Assembly (NCBI RefSeq): GCF_963921235.1
Contig: NC_086102.1
Span: forward strand, 34,720,001-34,784,000
Source of the DNA: Mobula hypostoma
Lineage: Eukaryota
Length of the DNA stretch: 64,000 bases
Direction of reading: 5' to 3'
In this document: positions 48,903 through 59,379 of the stretch, piece after piece
How the letters are laid out: each line of letters starts with the position of its first letter
How positions within the stretch are numbered: position 1 is the stretch's first letter
Notes under the pieces: generated by a model
The model's database searches: none
Seen by the model: the letters and a program-made list of their open reading frames with translations, nothing else
Told to the model about the DNA's origin: nothing
Translations under genes and position numbers: made by a program

Positions 48903-51900
48903 ATTATCTGAATGGTGGCCGATTAGGAAAAGGGGAGGTGCAACGAGACCTGGGTGTCATTATACACCAGTCATTGAAAGTGGGCATGCAGGTACAGCAG
49001 GCGGTGAAAAAGGCGAATGGTATGCTGGCATTTATAGCGAGAGGATTCGAGTACAGGAGCAGGGAGATACTACTGCAGTTGTACAAGGCCTTGGTGAGAC
49101 CACACCTGGAGTATTGTGTGCAGTTTTGGTCCCCTAATCTGAGGAAAGACATCTTTGCCATAGAGGGAGTACAAAGAAGGTTCACCAGATTGATTCCTGG
49201 GATGGCAGGACTTTCATATGAAGAAAGACTGAATGAACTGGGCTTGTACTCGTTGGAATTTAGAAGATTGAGGGGGGATCTGATTGAAACGTATAAGATC
49301 CTAAAGGGATTGGACAGGCTAGATGCAGGAAGATTGTTCCCGATGTTGGGGAAGTCCAGAACGAGGGGCCACAGTTTGAGGATAGAGGGGAAGCCTTTTA
49401 GGACCGAGATTAGGAAAAACTTCTTCACACAGAGAGTGGTGAATCTGTGGAGTTCTCTGCCACAGGAAACTGTTGAGGCCAGTTCATTGGCTATATTTAA
49501 GAGGGAGTTAGATATGGCCCTTGTGGCTACGGGGGTCAGGGGGTATGGAGGGAAGGCTGGGGCGGGGTTCTGAGTTGGAGGATCAGCCATGATCACAATA
49601 AATGGCGGTGCAGGCTTGAAGGGCCGAATGGCCTACTCCTGCACCTATTTTCTATGTTTCTATATATGTCTTTTTGGTTATACTGGGTTGATAACAGTGA
49701 TCGGCCAATTTGGGTAGACTTGGAACTGAAAGTTGTAAAACCGTTTTATTTAACCTCGTTATCCTCGTTATTGGGAGCTCCTTTACCTATGCAATTAGTT
49801 AAAGTTGTTAATTTAAACCTATATCCTGTGATTAAGTATCCTTTACAAATTTGGCTCCAATTCCGCAATTTTTCTAATCTTAAAAAATTTAAACTTTGTA
49901 GTTTAATTTACCGAAATTACTTTTTTTAAGCCTTCGAGTGATCCAATTTTCTTACTTTGGAAAAATAAAGCTATTAATTCTTTTTTGGATTTATTTAAAG
50001 AAGATAGATTGATGTCTTTTGAACAATTAATTGATAAATATTCTCTTTCATACACTCTCTGCAGTACCTTCAAGTTAGACATTTTTTACAAAAATATTTA
50101 AGTAATTTTCCTTACATATTGGAGGCTGACCTGTTAGATACTATTATGAGTATGAATCCTTTGATTAAGGGTTCTATTGGAAGAATTTATAATTTATTAT
50201 TACAATGGGGTAAGCGTCCTTTATCTAAGATTAAACAGGATTGGGAAAAGGAACTTAATTTGACTTTTATGACGGAGGATTGAATGCGGATATTGAAGTT
50301 GGTTAACTCTTCAGTTTGTGCTAGCCATTCATTGATTCATTTTAAAATTGTACATCGTTATCATTCGACAAAGGAGAGACTTTCTAAAATCTTTCCTTAT
50401 GCTGATAGTCATTGTGATAGATGTAAAACTGAGATAGCTACACTGACACATATGTTTTGGTCTTGTTCTATATTGGAACAGTTCTGGAAGTCAGTTTTTT
50501 CAACAATTTCTAAAACACTTAAAATTAATTTACAACCTAATAAATTAACTGTGCTTTTTGGAATAGTTCCTCAAAATATTCATGGTATTTCTGTGTCTGA
50601 CCAACGTGTTATTGCATTTGTTACATTGATAGCTAGGAGGGCCATTTTGTTGAAGTGGAAGGATACACCAGCTCCCACTTTGTCACAATGGTTCTCTCAA
50701 GTGATGCTATGTCTTAGTTTGGAGAAAATTAGAAGTCAAACCTTTGAATCTTTGATTTTGAGAAAAGATGAGGTTCATTTGCTCGTTATTATCATTTGAG
50801 TTAATTGATATAATTTTTCCACGATCTAATTGTAAATTTTTCCGTATATTTTCTTTTCTTGCTGGTGGTTTGATGTTTATTTTTAGAAGCTTTTTGTATG
50901 ATGCATGACTCCGGGGTTGTACACCTAATGGGTTCTTATTTTTCCTCACTTTTCTGCTTAGTAGGTTTTTTTTGTTATCACAAAATTTTTTTTCAATCTT
51001 TGTGATAATGTCTTTTTTGAGACATTGTAAGTGTTGTTACTTCAATGTACTCATGTTATTTTTCCTGTATAATATAACAATAAAAATATTTGAAAAGAAA
51101 AGAAGACATAGCAAGCAGGATATAGACAAAGGAGAATCAGCTGATGTTGTGTACTGAATTTTCAGAAGGCCTTTGACAGGGTGTCACACATGAGGCTGCT
51201 TAACAAGCTACGAGCCCATGCTATTACAGGAAAGATTCTAGCATGGATAAAGCAGTGGCTGATTGGCAAGGGGCAAAGAGTGAGAATAAAGGGAGCCTTT
51301 TGCATTGGCTGCTAGTGACTAGTGGTGTACCACAAAGGTCTGTGTTGGGACCGATTCTTTCTACGTTAGATTTCAATGATTTGGATGATGTAATTGTTGC
51401 AAAGTTTGCAGATGATGTAGATGGTGCAGGGTTAGGTAGCTTTCAGGAAGTAGAGAAGCTACAGAGGACAGACAGATTGGGAGAATGGGCAAAGAAATGT
51501 CAGATGGAATACAGTGTCAGAAAGTGTATGGTTATGCACTTTGGTAGAAGAAATGAAAGAATTGACTATTTTCTAAATGGAGGGAAAATACGAAAAAAGC
51601 TGAGGTGCAAAGGGACTTGAGAGTCCTTTTGCAGGATTCCCTAAAGGTTAATTTGCAGGTTGAGTCTGTGGTGAGGAAGGCAAATGTGATGTTAGCATTC
51701 ATTTTAAGAGAACTATAATATAAAAACAATGTTGTGATGTTGAGACTTCATAAAGCACTGGTGAGGTCTCACTTGGATTATTGTGAGCAGGTCTGGGCCC
51801 CTCATCTTAGAAAGCATGTGCTGAAACTAGACAGGGTTCAAAGGAGGAGCAAGAAAATGATTCCAGAATTGAACAGCTTGTCATATGAAGAGCATTTGAT

Positions 51901-52471
51901 GGCTCTGGGCCTGTATTCACTAGAATTCAAAAGAATGAGGCATGACCTCATTGAAACCTATCAAATGGTGAAAGTCCTACATAGAGTGAATGTGAAGACA
52001 ATGTTTCCTGAACTGGGAGAGTCTAAAACCAGAAGACACTGTCTCAGAATAGAGGGGCTTCCTTTTAGAACAAAGATGAGGAGGAATTTCTTTAGCTAGA
52101 GTGGTGAATCTGTGGAATTCTTTACCACAGGCAGCTGTGGAGGCCAAGCCTTTATGTATATTTAAGGCAGAGGTTGACAGATTCTTGATTGGTCAGGGCA
52201 TGAAGGAATATGAGAAGAAGGCAAGAGATTAGGGCTGAGAGAAAAAATGGATCGGCCATGATGAAATGGCAGAGCAGACTCAATGGGCCAAATAGCCTAA
52301 TTCTGCTCCTGCATCTTATGGTCTTATCAATGAGATGTTTAAATATTAATATCAAAGTTAATGCACAAAGTGATGCAGCGGTACAAGATCAGCCACCATG
52401 GAAAGGCCAAATGGCTTTTTCATAATTCTGCTTTGGCTCTATAACATATTACTTTTAGAAAATACACTTAC

Positions 52472-52546
52472 ATCATCATCTTCATTAAAGACTGCAGCAA
52501 CTGAAGGCTTCTTTGGAGCTAGGACAGGTGGATTTTCTTTTGGTTT
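52472..52546 (-). CDS. PCNP: PCNP coding exon 3
   Basis: Boundaries gtccctag|AAA and GAT|gtaagt. Encodes KPKENPPVLAPKKPSVAAVFNEDDD, 75 nt. Confidence 0.96.
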
Positions 52547-54275
52547 CTAGGGACAGGAATAGATCGTGCATGAATCAATATAACCAAAATAAGAACAAAA
52601 AGTTATATGAACTATTTTCCTTAACTAGATGTTATGAGACTCTGTTTGAACCTTCACAACTACTCAAACACATTATAGTGAAACTACACATGAAATCAGT
52701 TTTTCCTTATTTATCAATACCATTAATAAATTTGAACGTCATTCAGATTAAGTTTCTGTCTTTCGAAGAAGTGTCTCTTTTATTTCCAAGTGCAGTCCAC
52801 CACATTCCCTTGCTAACCACTCAATTTCTTTATAAATATTTCAGTTCAATTTGATGAGTGCATAAATAACCTCACTTTCCCTTCCATTTTAACTCTTTTA
52901 ATTTCCTTCTATTAATCATGGCTATTCTAATAATGATCCATGCTTATGCTATTCTATCAATAGTCTGAATGATACAAAAGCCTGAGAGTATGTACCACCA
53001 GGCACAATATTTGAGCCTAAAGATATGGTCTGAGCAACTGAGCACTGTGAAAATACTCAGAGAATTAGTTACCATCAACATGATTTTCCAAAGAAGTTTA
53101 CTCAAATGAAAAATAAGTGACCTGAAACACTAACTCTATTCTTCAAATGCTGCCCCACAAGTCAGGTATTTCTGGAATTTTCTATTTTTATTTCTGATAT
53201 CCAGTATTTACAGTAATTTACTTTTGTATTTTAAAGGATATGCCAATCCTGATGAATCTATGTGAAACTTTGCAACAAGGTGACAAAAAGAGCATCCACT
53301 GAAATTTTAATACGGAGTCACTAATGTCTCAGTGACCTTATATGATGCTAGCTCAGACGAAGTTAATGGAATTGATGGTAAATTACTGTTCTAATTGTGA
53401 AAATGTCTGAGCAGCAAGAGGTAGTGAGCACGGATACTGGGGCAAATGCTCCAAGATCTACCCAACTGATCCCCCACAAGGACTCAGGTTTAATTAGTCA
53501 CCCAAAAAATCTACTGACTAAAAAAAAATCACACAACTATATATTTTTTTACATAGTTTGTAAGAAAATCAACAACACTGCCTGAATGATTTCATCTAAA
53601 ATATTCCAACTTGGTAAGCATAGCCCAACTTAAGAGTTAAGAATTTACACTGTCATTTCAGAATCAGGTTGGATAATAAGGTTGTTATTACAAAAACACG
53701 TTATTCCAAATTAAATTTGCAACAATTTTTTCAATTTCTATATTTTACCTTTCTTACAAGAATCACCTTTACAAACTATGAACTGTTTGATATTCAAGTG
53801 CTCTAAGGGGACAGCCTAATAATAACCATTAACAGACAGACTGGAGATAAGTGCATTCTGAAAGTAAAATGACAATCTGAGCCTGACTTTGAACTTTAAC
53901 ATTTCATAACGCTGCACTGTTCACATGCCTTAAATTAAGTACACTCCACTTAATTAAGAGAATGTTAGAATTAAATGAAAATAGGATGAACAAAAAGACT
54001 GACAGTATATCTCCATGAAATTTAGTTTGGCCCTCAATGCAATCCATTAGTAGGTTTAATGCTCATATATCAGTATCTCATACTAAACTGATACTCTTCT
54101 GCCTCAGTTATATACATCACAGCTTATACTCCATTTGAATCTGAACGAGTTAAGCTGTTTCGTAGGGAAAACTCAATGTGCCATCCCATTTACTTGGTTT
54201 CAATAAATTATTGTCATTAACTACTCGATCCTCCCAACACATTAAAAACAAAACAAAAAAGAAGTCATTACTTAC

Positions 54276-54514
54276 ATTTGTTCCTAACTTGATGGATATT
54301 GGGGCTGGCTTCTTTAATGTTGTATTTCCTATTGAAAATCCAACTTTTGTGACTTTTGCAGGCGTGGGTTTGTTGTTTGTATCCCCAACAGCTGAGTCGT
54401 CTTGATCTCTTTCGTTAGCTGCTCTTTTCTCTGCATTTCGACTTGAACTTTCTCCTTCATTACTGGAAGAAACAGTCTTAGTTTTCACAGTTTTCTCTGC
54501 TTTCTCTTCTGGTC
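54276..54514 (-). CDS. PCNP: PCNP coding exon 2
   Basis: Boundaries ctccaccag|GA and AAT|gtaagt. Encodes (G)[30 protein letters not shown]...KVGFSIG...ISIKLGTN, 239 nt. Confidence 0.95.
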
Positions 54515-56279
54515 CTGGTGGAGTCGAAACAACTTACCAAGATGAGATACTTTTATCGAGCACTGTGACGATTGCAGCAACCTCAATAAGCATTTAAGGA
54601 GCTTCTGTGGGTGTGCACTGCCTGAACCAGCAGTCTCTTCCACTGTTTGTCAGATAGAGTAGATGCAGGCTCTAGAAAACCATTTCATAGATGGATAGAC
54701 TCTAAATTTCAGTTTCAGGGCAGGATTAATCCAGTGCTCCTGTTTCTTGGACCCCAGAAAAAATTCACAGGACCAAAACAGTACAGATTTTAGTAGACCA
54801 AAAGGTCCACAATGAATACACATTCACCAAGTACTTTTCAAACTGTAGATTTTCTGGTGTTACGTTTTAAACGGCGTTGGGAATATAACATTTTAGCCAC
54901 ATTGGCAACATCCTAAAATAACTGGTGGCCAAAATCAATACCAGGATAAACAGATTCACAGTTCAAGAAATTTCATTTTCTACATTTGTGAATCTTGGTC
55001 TTACTTTTCATTGTCCAGCAGCGTACATATTTTCCAGTGATGTTAAATTTAAAAATAGACAATTTTTCAAATCTGACAATTAGTTTGAAATCTGTCTGAT
55101 TAAATTAAAGTTAATTCTGGAGACAAAATTCAGAATAGCAAATGACAACCAAAAACTTAAGATTGAATAGTTTTACATATGTTGATTTACTATAGAATAA
55201 AATTTTGTTTTGAGAAGTAATTATTTTCAATTCAGAATTGACAGTTCTAAAACAAATTCCTCCTAATTTTCAGCAAAGAACTTGCATAATAGTTTTCAGA
55301 TTCAAATGATTTTAACATATGTACTAGCTAAGAGCCTTATTTCTATTTGCCCCCAATATCACATTTTTCTTAATAAATATTCTCTGCATTCCAACAAAAC
55401 AGCCCAGGACCTAGCAAGCATTCCTTTCATTGGCCTGTTAATTAGAAGATAGAAATGGATACAACATTGGGTTGTTATATACAAAACATACACAGTATGA
55501 AAAGTCCACTTTGACTCCCTAATCGCTATCGCTCTCCATTTATACTATACAAAACTTTATTTCTGCAAGGTCATTACTATAAGAATTAAATAATTCTTAA
55601 AAGAAGTGATTTATTCCACAACAAATTAGGGTAAGTTTTAAGCACAGCACAATCAATGCATTATTTGAAAGAAAACTATATTCGAATTTGCACACCAAAA
55701 ATATACTAGAGGAAATGCAAAACACTAACTTTCAAAAATACTCTGACCAGGCAGCAACTAATCAACCACCATTCATCAGAACTGGAAGTATGAATCAGTC
55801 CTGATTTTAAAAAAGTCGCTGATTTGTAAGATTAATCTCAACACAAAGTGTACAGTCTGTCGAGTATTCATAGCATTTTCTTTTCCTATGCTGAAAATAG
55901 AATGGAATCATCTCATGTCAGAGCATGGTTAAACAAATCTAAGTTGCAAGCTACCTGTTACTGTAATGTGAATTTACATTTACTTGGCAAGTTGCTGCAA
56001 TGCCCCCTATGATACTGTTGTATTCAATTTCGTACACAGCAGCAATGAGGATACTTCATTAATTAAAACTAGTACTGATTTGGTCCTACTGGATTTTTTG
56101 TGTTGCCAAAATGTGAATCACACAATGCAAAATAGGCGAAGTTGGTATTAGTAAAAAATAATCTACTAGAAAAGATAATGAGCCAGAGTACTGATAACCT
56201 CAAAACTTGAAGATTTTCATCACAGAATTTTGAAACAGTTGACTATAAAGATGATAATGGCTCTGAATATCTTACAGAA

Positions 56280-57710
56280 TTCTATAGATCTTAACCTCTG
56301 CAGATAGCAGAGTGGCAAATGGGACACCACCATTTAAGAAATGGAGAGACAAATTGGAACTTTCCAAACTGTTACCCTGATAACAATGGTGGGGAAAATG
56401 CTGGAATCTATTAATGCTTGGAAAATATCAGCACTATTGATCAGTCTCAACATGGATTTATTAAAGAGAAATTGCATTTGACTAATGTACTGGAGGCCTT
56501 TGTGGATATATCCAGCAGAGCACATAAGTGGGAACTAATGGATTTTCAGAAAGATCAAAGTCCCACACAGAAGCTTGATAAACAAGTTTAACATGAAGTT
56601 ATGGTGATATAATGACACAGATTGAGAATTTGTAGAAAACAAGAGTGTAAAAATTAATGGATCTTTCTTGGGTTGGCAAGCTGTCAACTAGTTGGCAATG
56701 ACAGAGCTCCAGCTATTCACAAATCATGTCAATGATCTGAGCGAGGAGGACCAAATGCAATATTTCCACATATACTCCAGATACAAAACTAATCAGAATG
56801 AGAGTAACAAGGTGATCAGAAATAGATTCAGACATGCATTGACAGGCTGAATGGACAAAATGTGGTCAGTAGCATAAAATGTGGGAAAATGCAAGGTTAA
56901 AAAAAACACTAAGTACTTTTTAAATTGAAGAGTCTGAAATATTTATGTTCAAAGGGAAACGTGTGTCCTTATGCATTAGAAATCGACAGGTAATATGCAG
57001 GCACAACAATTAGGAAGGCAAAGGACATACTGGAATTGACTTAACAAGTGATTAGAAGATTAAGAGTCCTGAAGAAGAATTTTAGCCCAAAACATTGACT
57101 GTTCATTCCTCTTCATAAGTGTTGCCTGAGCTGCTGAGTTCTTCCAGCATTTGTGTGTATTACAGAAGAGTAACTGTGTCACACTGGAGTTATAGAAGGC
57201 CTAGAAACAGTGGAGTACTGTGTACAATTTTAATCTCCTTTCTTAAAAATATACTATACTTGCTATAGAGTGAGCACAGTAAAGGTTTACCAGACTGGTT
57301 CCTATCATGCCAGGTCCATTATGTCAGGAGAGATTGAATAGGACAGACTTCTATTCTTCAGAGATTGGAAGACTCAGAAGTTAATTCATTGAAAAATACA
57401 AAATTCTTAAGAGGCACATCAAGACAGACACATGGAGGGTATTTCCTAAAACTTTATGTCATTATCAGAGAATACAGCTAGATCGATTTGTATTGAACTC
57501 TTTTCACCCCAGAGTGATGAATCCTTGGAAATTTCTACCACAGAAGATCAGTCATTAGCTGAGATTGTAGCAAATTTCTGGGGAGTTAAAATATTCAAGC
57601 AATATGGGTTGGAGAGGACTTAAAAACAGGACTGAGTTAGAAAATCAGCAATAATCTGATTGAAAGGCAGAGCAGGATTGAGTGGCCTATTGCCCTTGCC
57701 ATGTTCTTAG
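56280..57710 (+). mobile_element. Ancient CR1-clade LINE remnant containing a Penelope terminal-repeat insert (about 57064-57160)
   Basis: Residual CAACATGGATTT...TTGACTAAT and GGAGTACTGTGTACAATTT segments and a CR1-like tail. The insert reads AGTCCTGAAGAAGAATTTTAGCCCAAAACATTGACTG. Confidence 0.7.
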
Positions 57711-57998
57711 CTCTTATCAAGAACTAGTTTTACACTGTATTTTGTGGCAAATTAACATTCAATACACAAATTAAAAAAAGATTAGTACAGCCAAAAAGAT
57801 GGTACCTACAAAATTATAAGCTGGACCCCTCAAGAAGTACATGGATGTAAAAAAAAATGGAGGGTTACAGGCTACATAGGAGGGAAGGGTTAAATAGATT
57901 GTAGACTAGGTTTGTATAGGTTGGCACAACATCATGGGCCAACCTATACAACCTGTGCTGTACTGTTATATATTCTTAACCTTGCCCAAAGTGTTAAT

Positions 57999-58198
57999 TT
58001 AAAAACGCAAACACGAGGAATTCTGCAGATGCTGGAAATTCAAGCAACACACATCAAAGGTGCTGGTAAACACAGCAGGCCAGGCAGCATCTCTAGGAAG
58101 AGGTACAGTCGACGTCTCGGCCCGAAATGTCGACTGTACCTCTTCCTAGAGGTGCTGCCTGGCCTGCTGCGTTCACCAGCAACTTTGATGTGTGTTGC
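57999..58198. mobile_element. Fold-back (palindromic) Penelope-derived insertion in PCNP intron 1
   Basis: Arms 58044-58113 and 58129-58198 are 70-bp inverted repeats with 4 mismatches. TTGCCCAAAGTGTTAAT is duplicated at 57982-57998 and 58195-58211. Confidence 0.92.
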
Positions 58199-58849
58199 CC
58201 AAAGTGTTAATGCTTTCTTTCAGCTACCTCAATTAAATAAAATAACCAATTTAAAATCAAAAATGTAAAAGTTAATTCCAAATCAAGATATTAGATAGGA
58301 TTGCAAGATTATAAAAGCTGCATAATTAGGCCATATGGTCCTTTGCATCTCATCTGATTCATTAAGAACATGGCTGAAATTACAGAATAATTTAAAGTGA
58401 ACTTAAATTACAGTCAAATACATATTAAGACACATAAGGTGGCGATATTTTACATCAAACTGACATAATAGGAGTCAGATACATTTCATTAAAAAATACA
58501 GAAAAGATATTAAATCTGCAACTAAGCTTGCAGAAGTTATATCAAGTACAAAATTATTTTTTTAAACCTGAAAGGTTGCTTTTAAACAAATGTGTCAAGT
58601 TTGATAAATTTTCACTTGAACCCCAACATTTAGGCATGAGGAACTTTATTTTGTTCGTTCACAGGATCCGCCTCCGAACTGGGTGGCCTGCTGGGGCAGT
58701 TTGAGTCAACCACGTTATTAAGGATCTAAAGTTCACAGATAGGGCTAAGGCTGGCTAACGTTAACAGAACTCCTCGCTGATGAACACAACCCCATTAAAT
58801 GATTTAAAACTGGAAGGTGAGCCTTTAACGGCAACATATCAAATTAGGC

Positions 58850-59215
58850 GTGACGGATCTAAGGTGGGGGGGGGGGAAGAACCGCTTTCGCCTCTCATCC
58901 CGCTGGGGGCCCGCCCCGGTCACCCTCCCGCACTCCTCCATGCGTCCTTATGAATTTTATACACAAATGTCTTTCCTTCACTAACGCGGTAGCATGTAAT
59001 GTGTAGCACTGCACTTGCTGCCGCGCTCGGTGTGGTAAAAGATTAGGAACCGGCACCTTCATCCTGCAGCTTCGCCTGCTCCAAATGCGTTCGCTCCGCC
59101 ATTTCCAATCACCCTAACACTGCCTGGAGGCTCCTGGGAGCGGCCGCTACGTCACTTCCTGGCGCCATGGGACGAAACATCGGAGTGGCGCACCTTTGCA
59201 ACTGTGCTCGTCAGG
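58850..59215 (-). promoter_or_regulatory. PCNP promoter / CpG-rich region
   Basis: Locally GC- and CpG-rich. ETS-CRE composite CAGGAAGTGACGT on the minus strand (59149-59161). YY1-like CGCCAT motifs at the start codon and at 59163-59168. Confidence 0.7.
59057..59102 (-). CDS. PCNP: PCNP coding exon 1
   Basis: gaaATGGCGG in a CpG-rich region. Encodes MAERTHLEQAKLQDE-G, then donor gtgccg. Phase 1 matches exon 2. The five exons total 46+239+75+56+124 = 540 nt = 179 aa plus stop. This exon is poorly conserved, so it is less certain. Confidence 0.78.
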
Positions 59216-59379
59216 GAACAGTCTAGTTGTGATTCTTAATTTTACAGTTCGATGAATTCTGTAACTCTAGCACAAATTTACTTTTCTGACACTATATTAG
59301 TCGAGCTTTCATTATTTACAGAATTTGTATTCACTTTTCTGTGTATTGCTGAAAAAGTCACTGTTATTCATCTCTAATT

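Larger units (their letters stand above)
48463..49662 (+). mobile_element. Young CR1-clade LINE 3' part inserted in the L1
   Basis: GVPQGSVLGPQLFTIYINDLD, KFADDTKLGG and the open C-terminal ORF 48938-49573. Tail TTTCTATGTTTCTAT. The L1 reading YYWAVNVRY resumes as MSFWLYW after it. Confidence 0.93.
47446..51101 (+). mobile_element. 5'-truncated L1-clade LINE (fish-type ORF2 3' part, 3' UTR, A-rich tail) with internal insertions
   Basis: LDAEKAFDRVKW, RGTRQGRPLSPLLF, SLYANDLL, KMMILPKFLYLFQNIP, GGLALLNLRMYYWA and C-terminal CDRC...HMFWSC. AATAAA at 51079-51084 and GAAAAGAAAA tail. TSD GAAGAAATAGCA (47434-47445) / GAAGACATAGCA (51102-51113). Confidence 0.92.
46790..52328 (+). mobile_element. 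Older CR1-clade LINE split by an L1 insertion (halves about 46790-47445 and 51102-52328)
   Basis: KSCLKNLLELFEEIA on the left continues as SR.DKGESADVVY and then VTSGVPQRSVLGP and AKFADD on the right. 3' tail at about 52290-52328. Confidence 0.9.

Noticed and set aside
48487-49137. 216-aa ORF that looks like a novel RT fusion
   Set aside because: Chance chimera of CR1 RT, the inverted Penelope-derived insert and out-of-frame CR1, as shown by the TSDs.
54150-54275. C-terminal part of ORF 54150-54488
   Set aside because: Runs past the GTAAGT donor at 54275 into intron 2.
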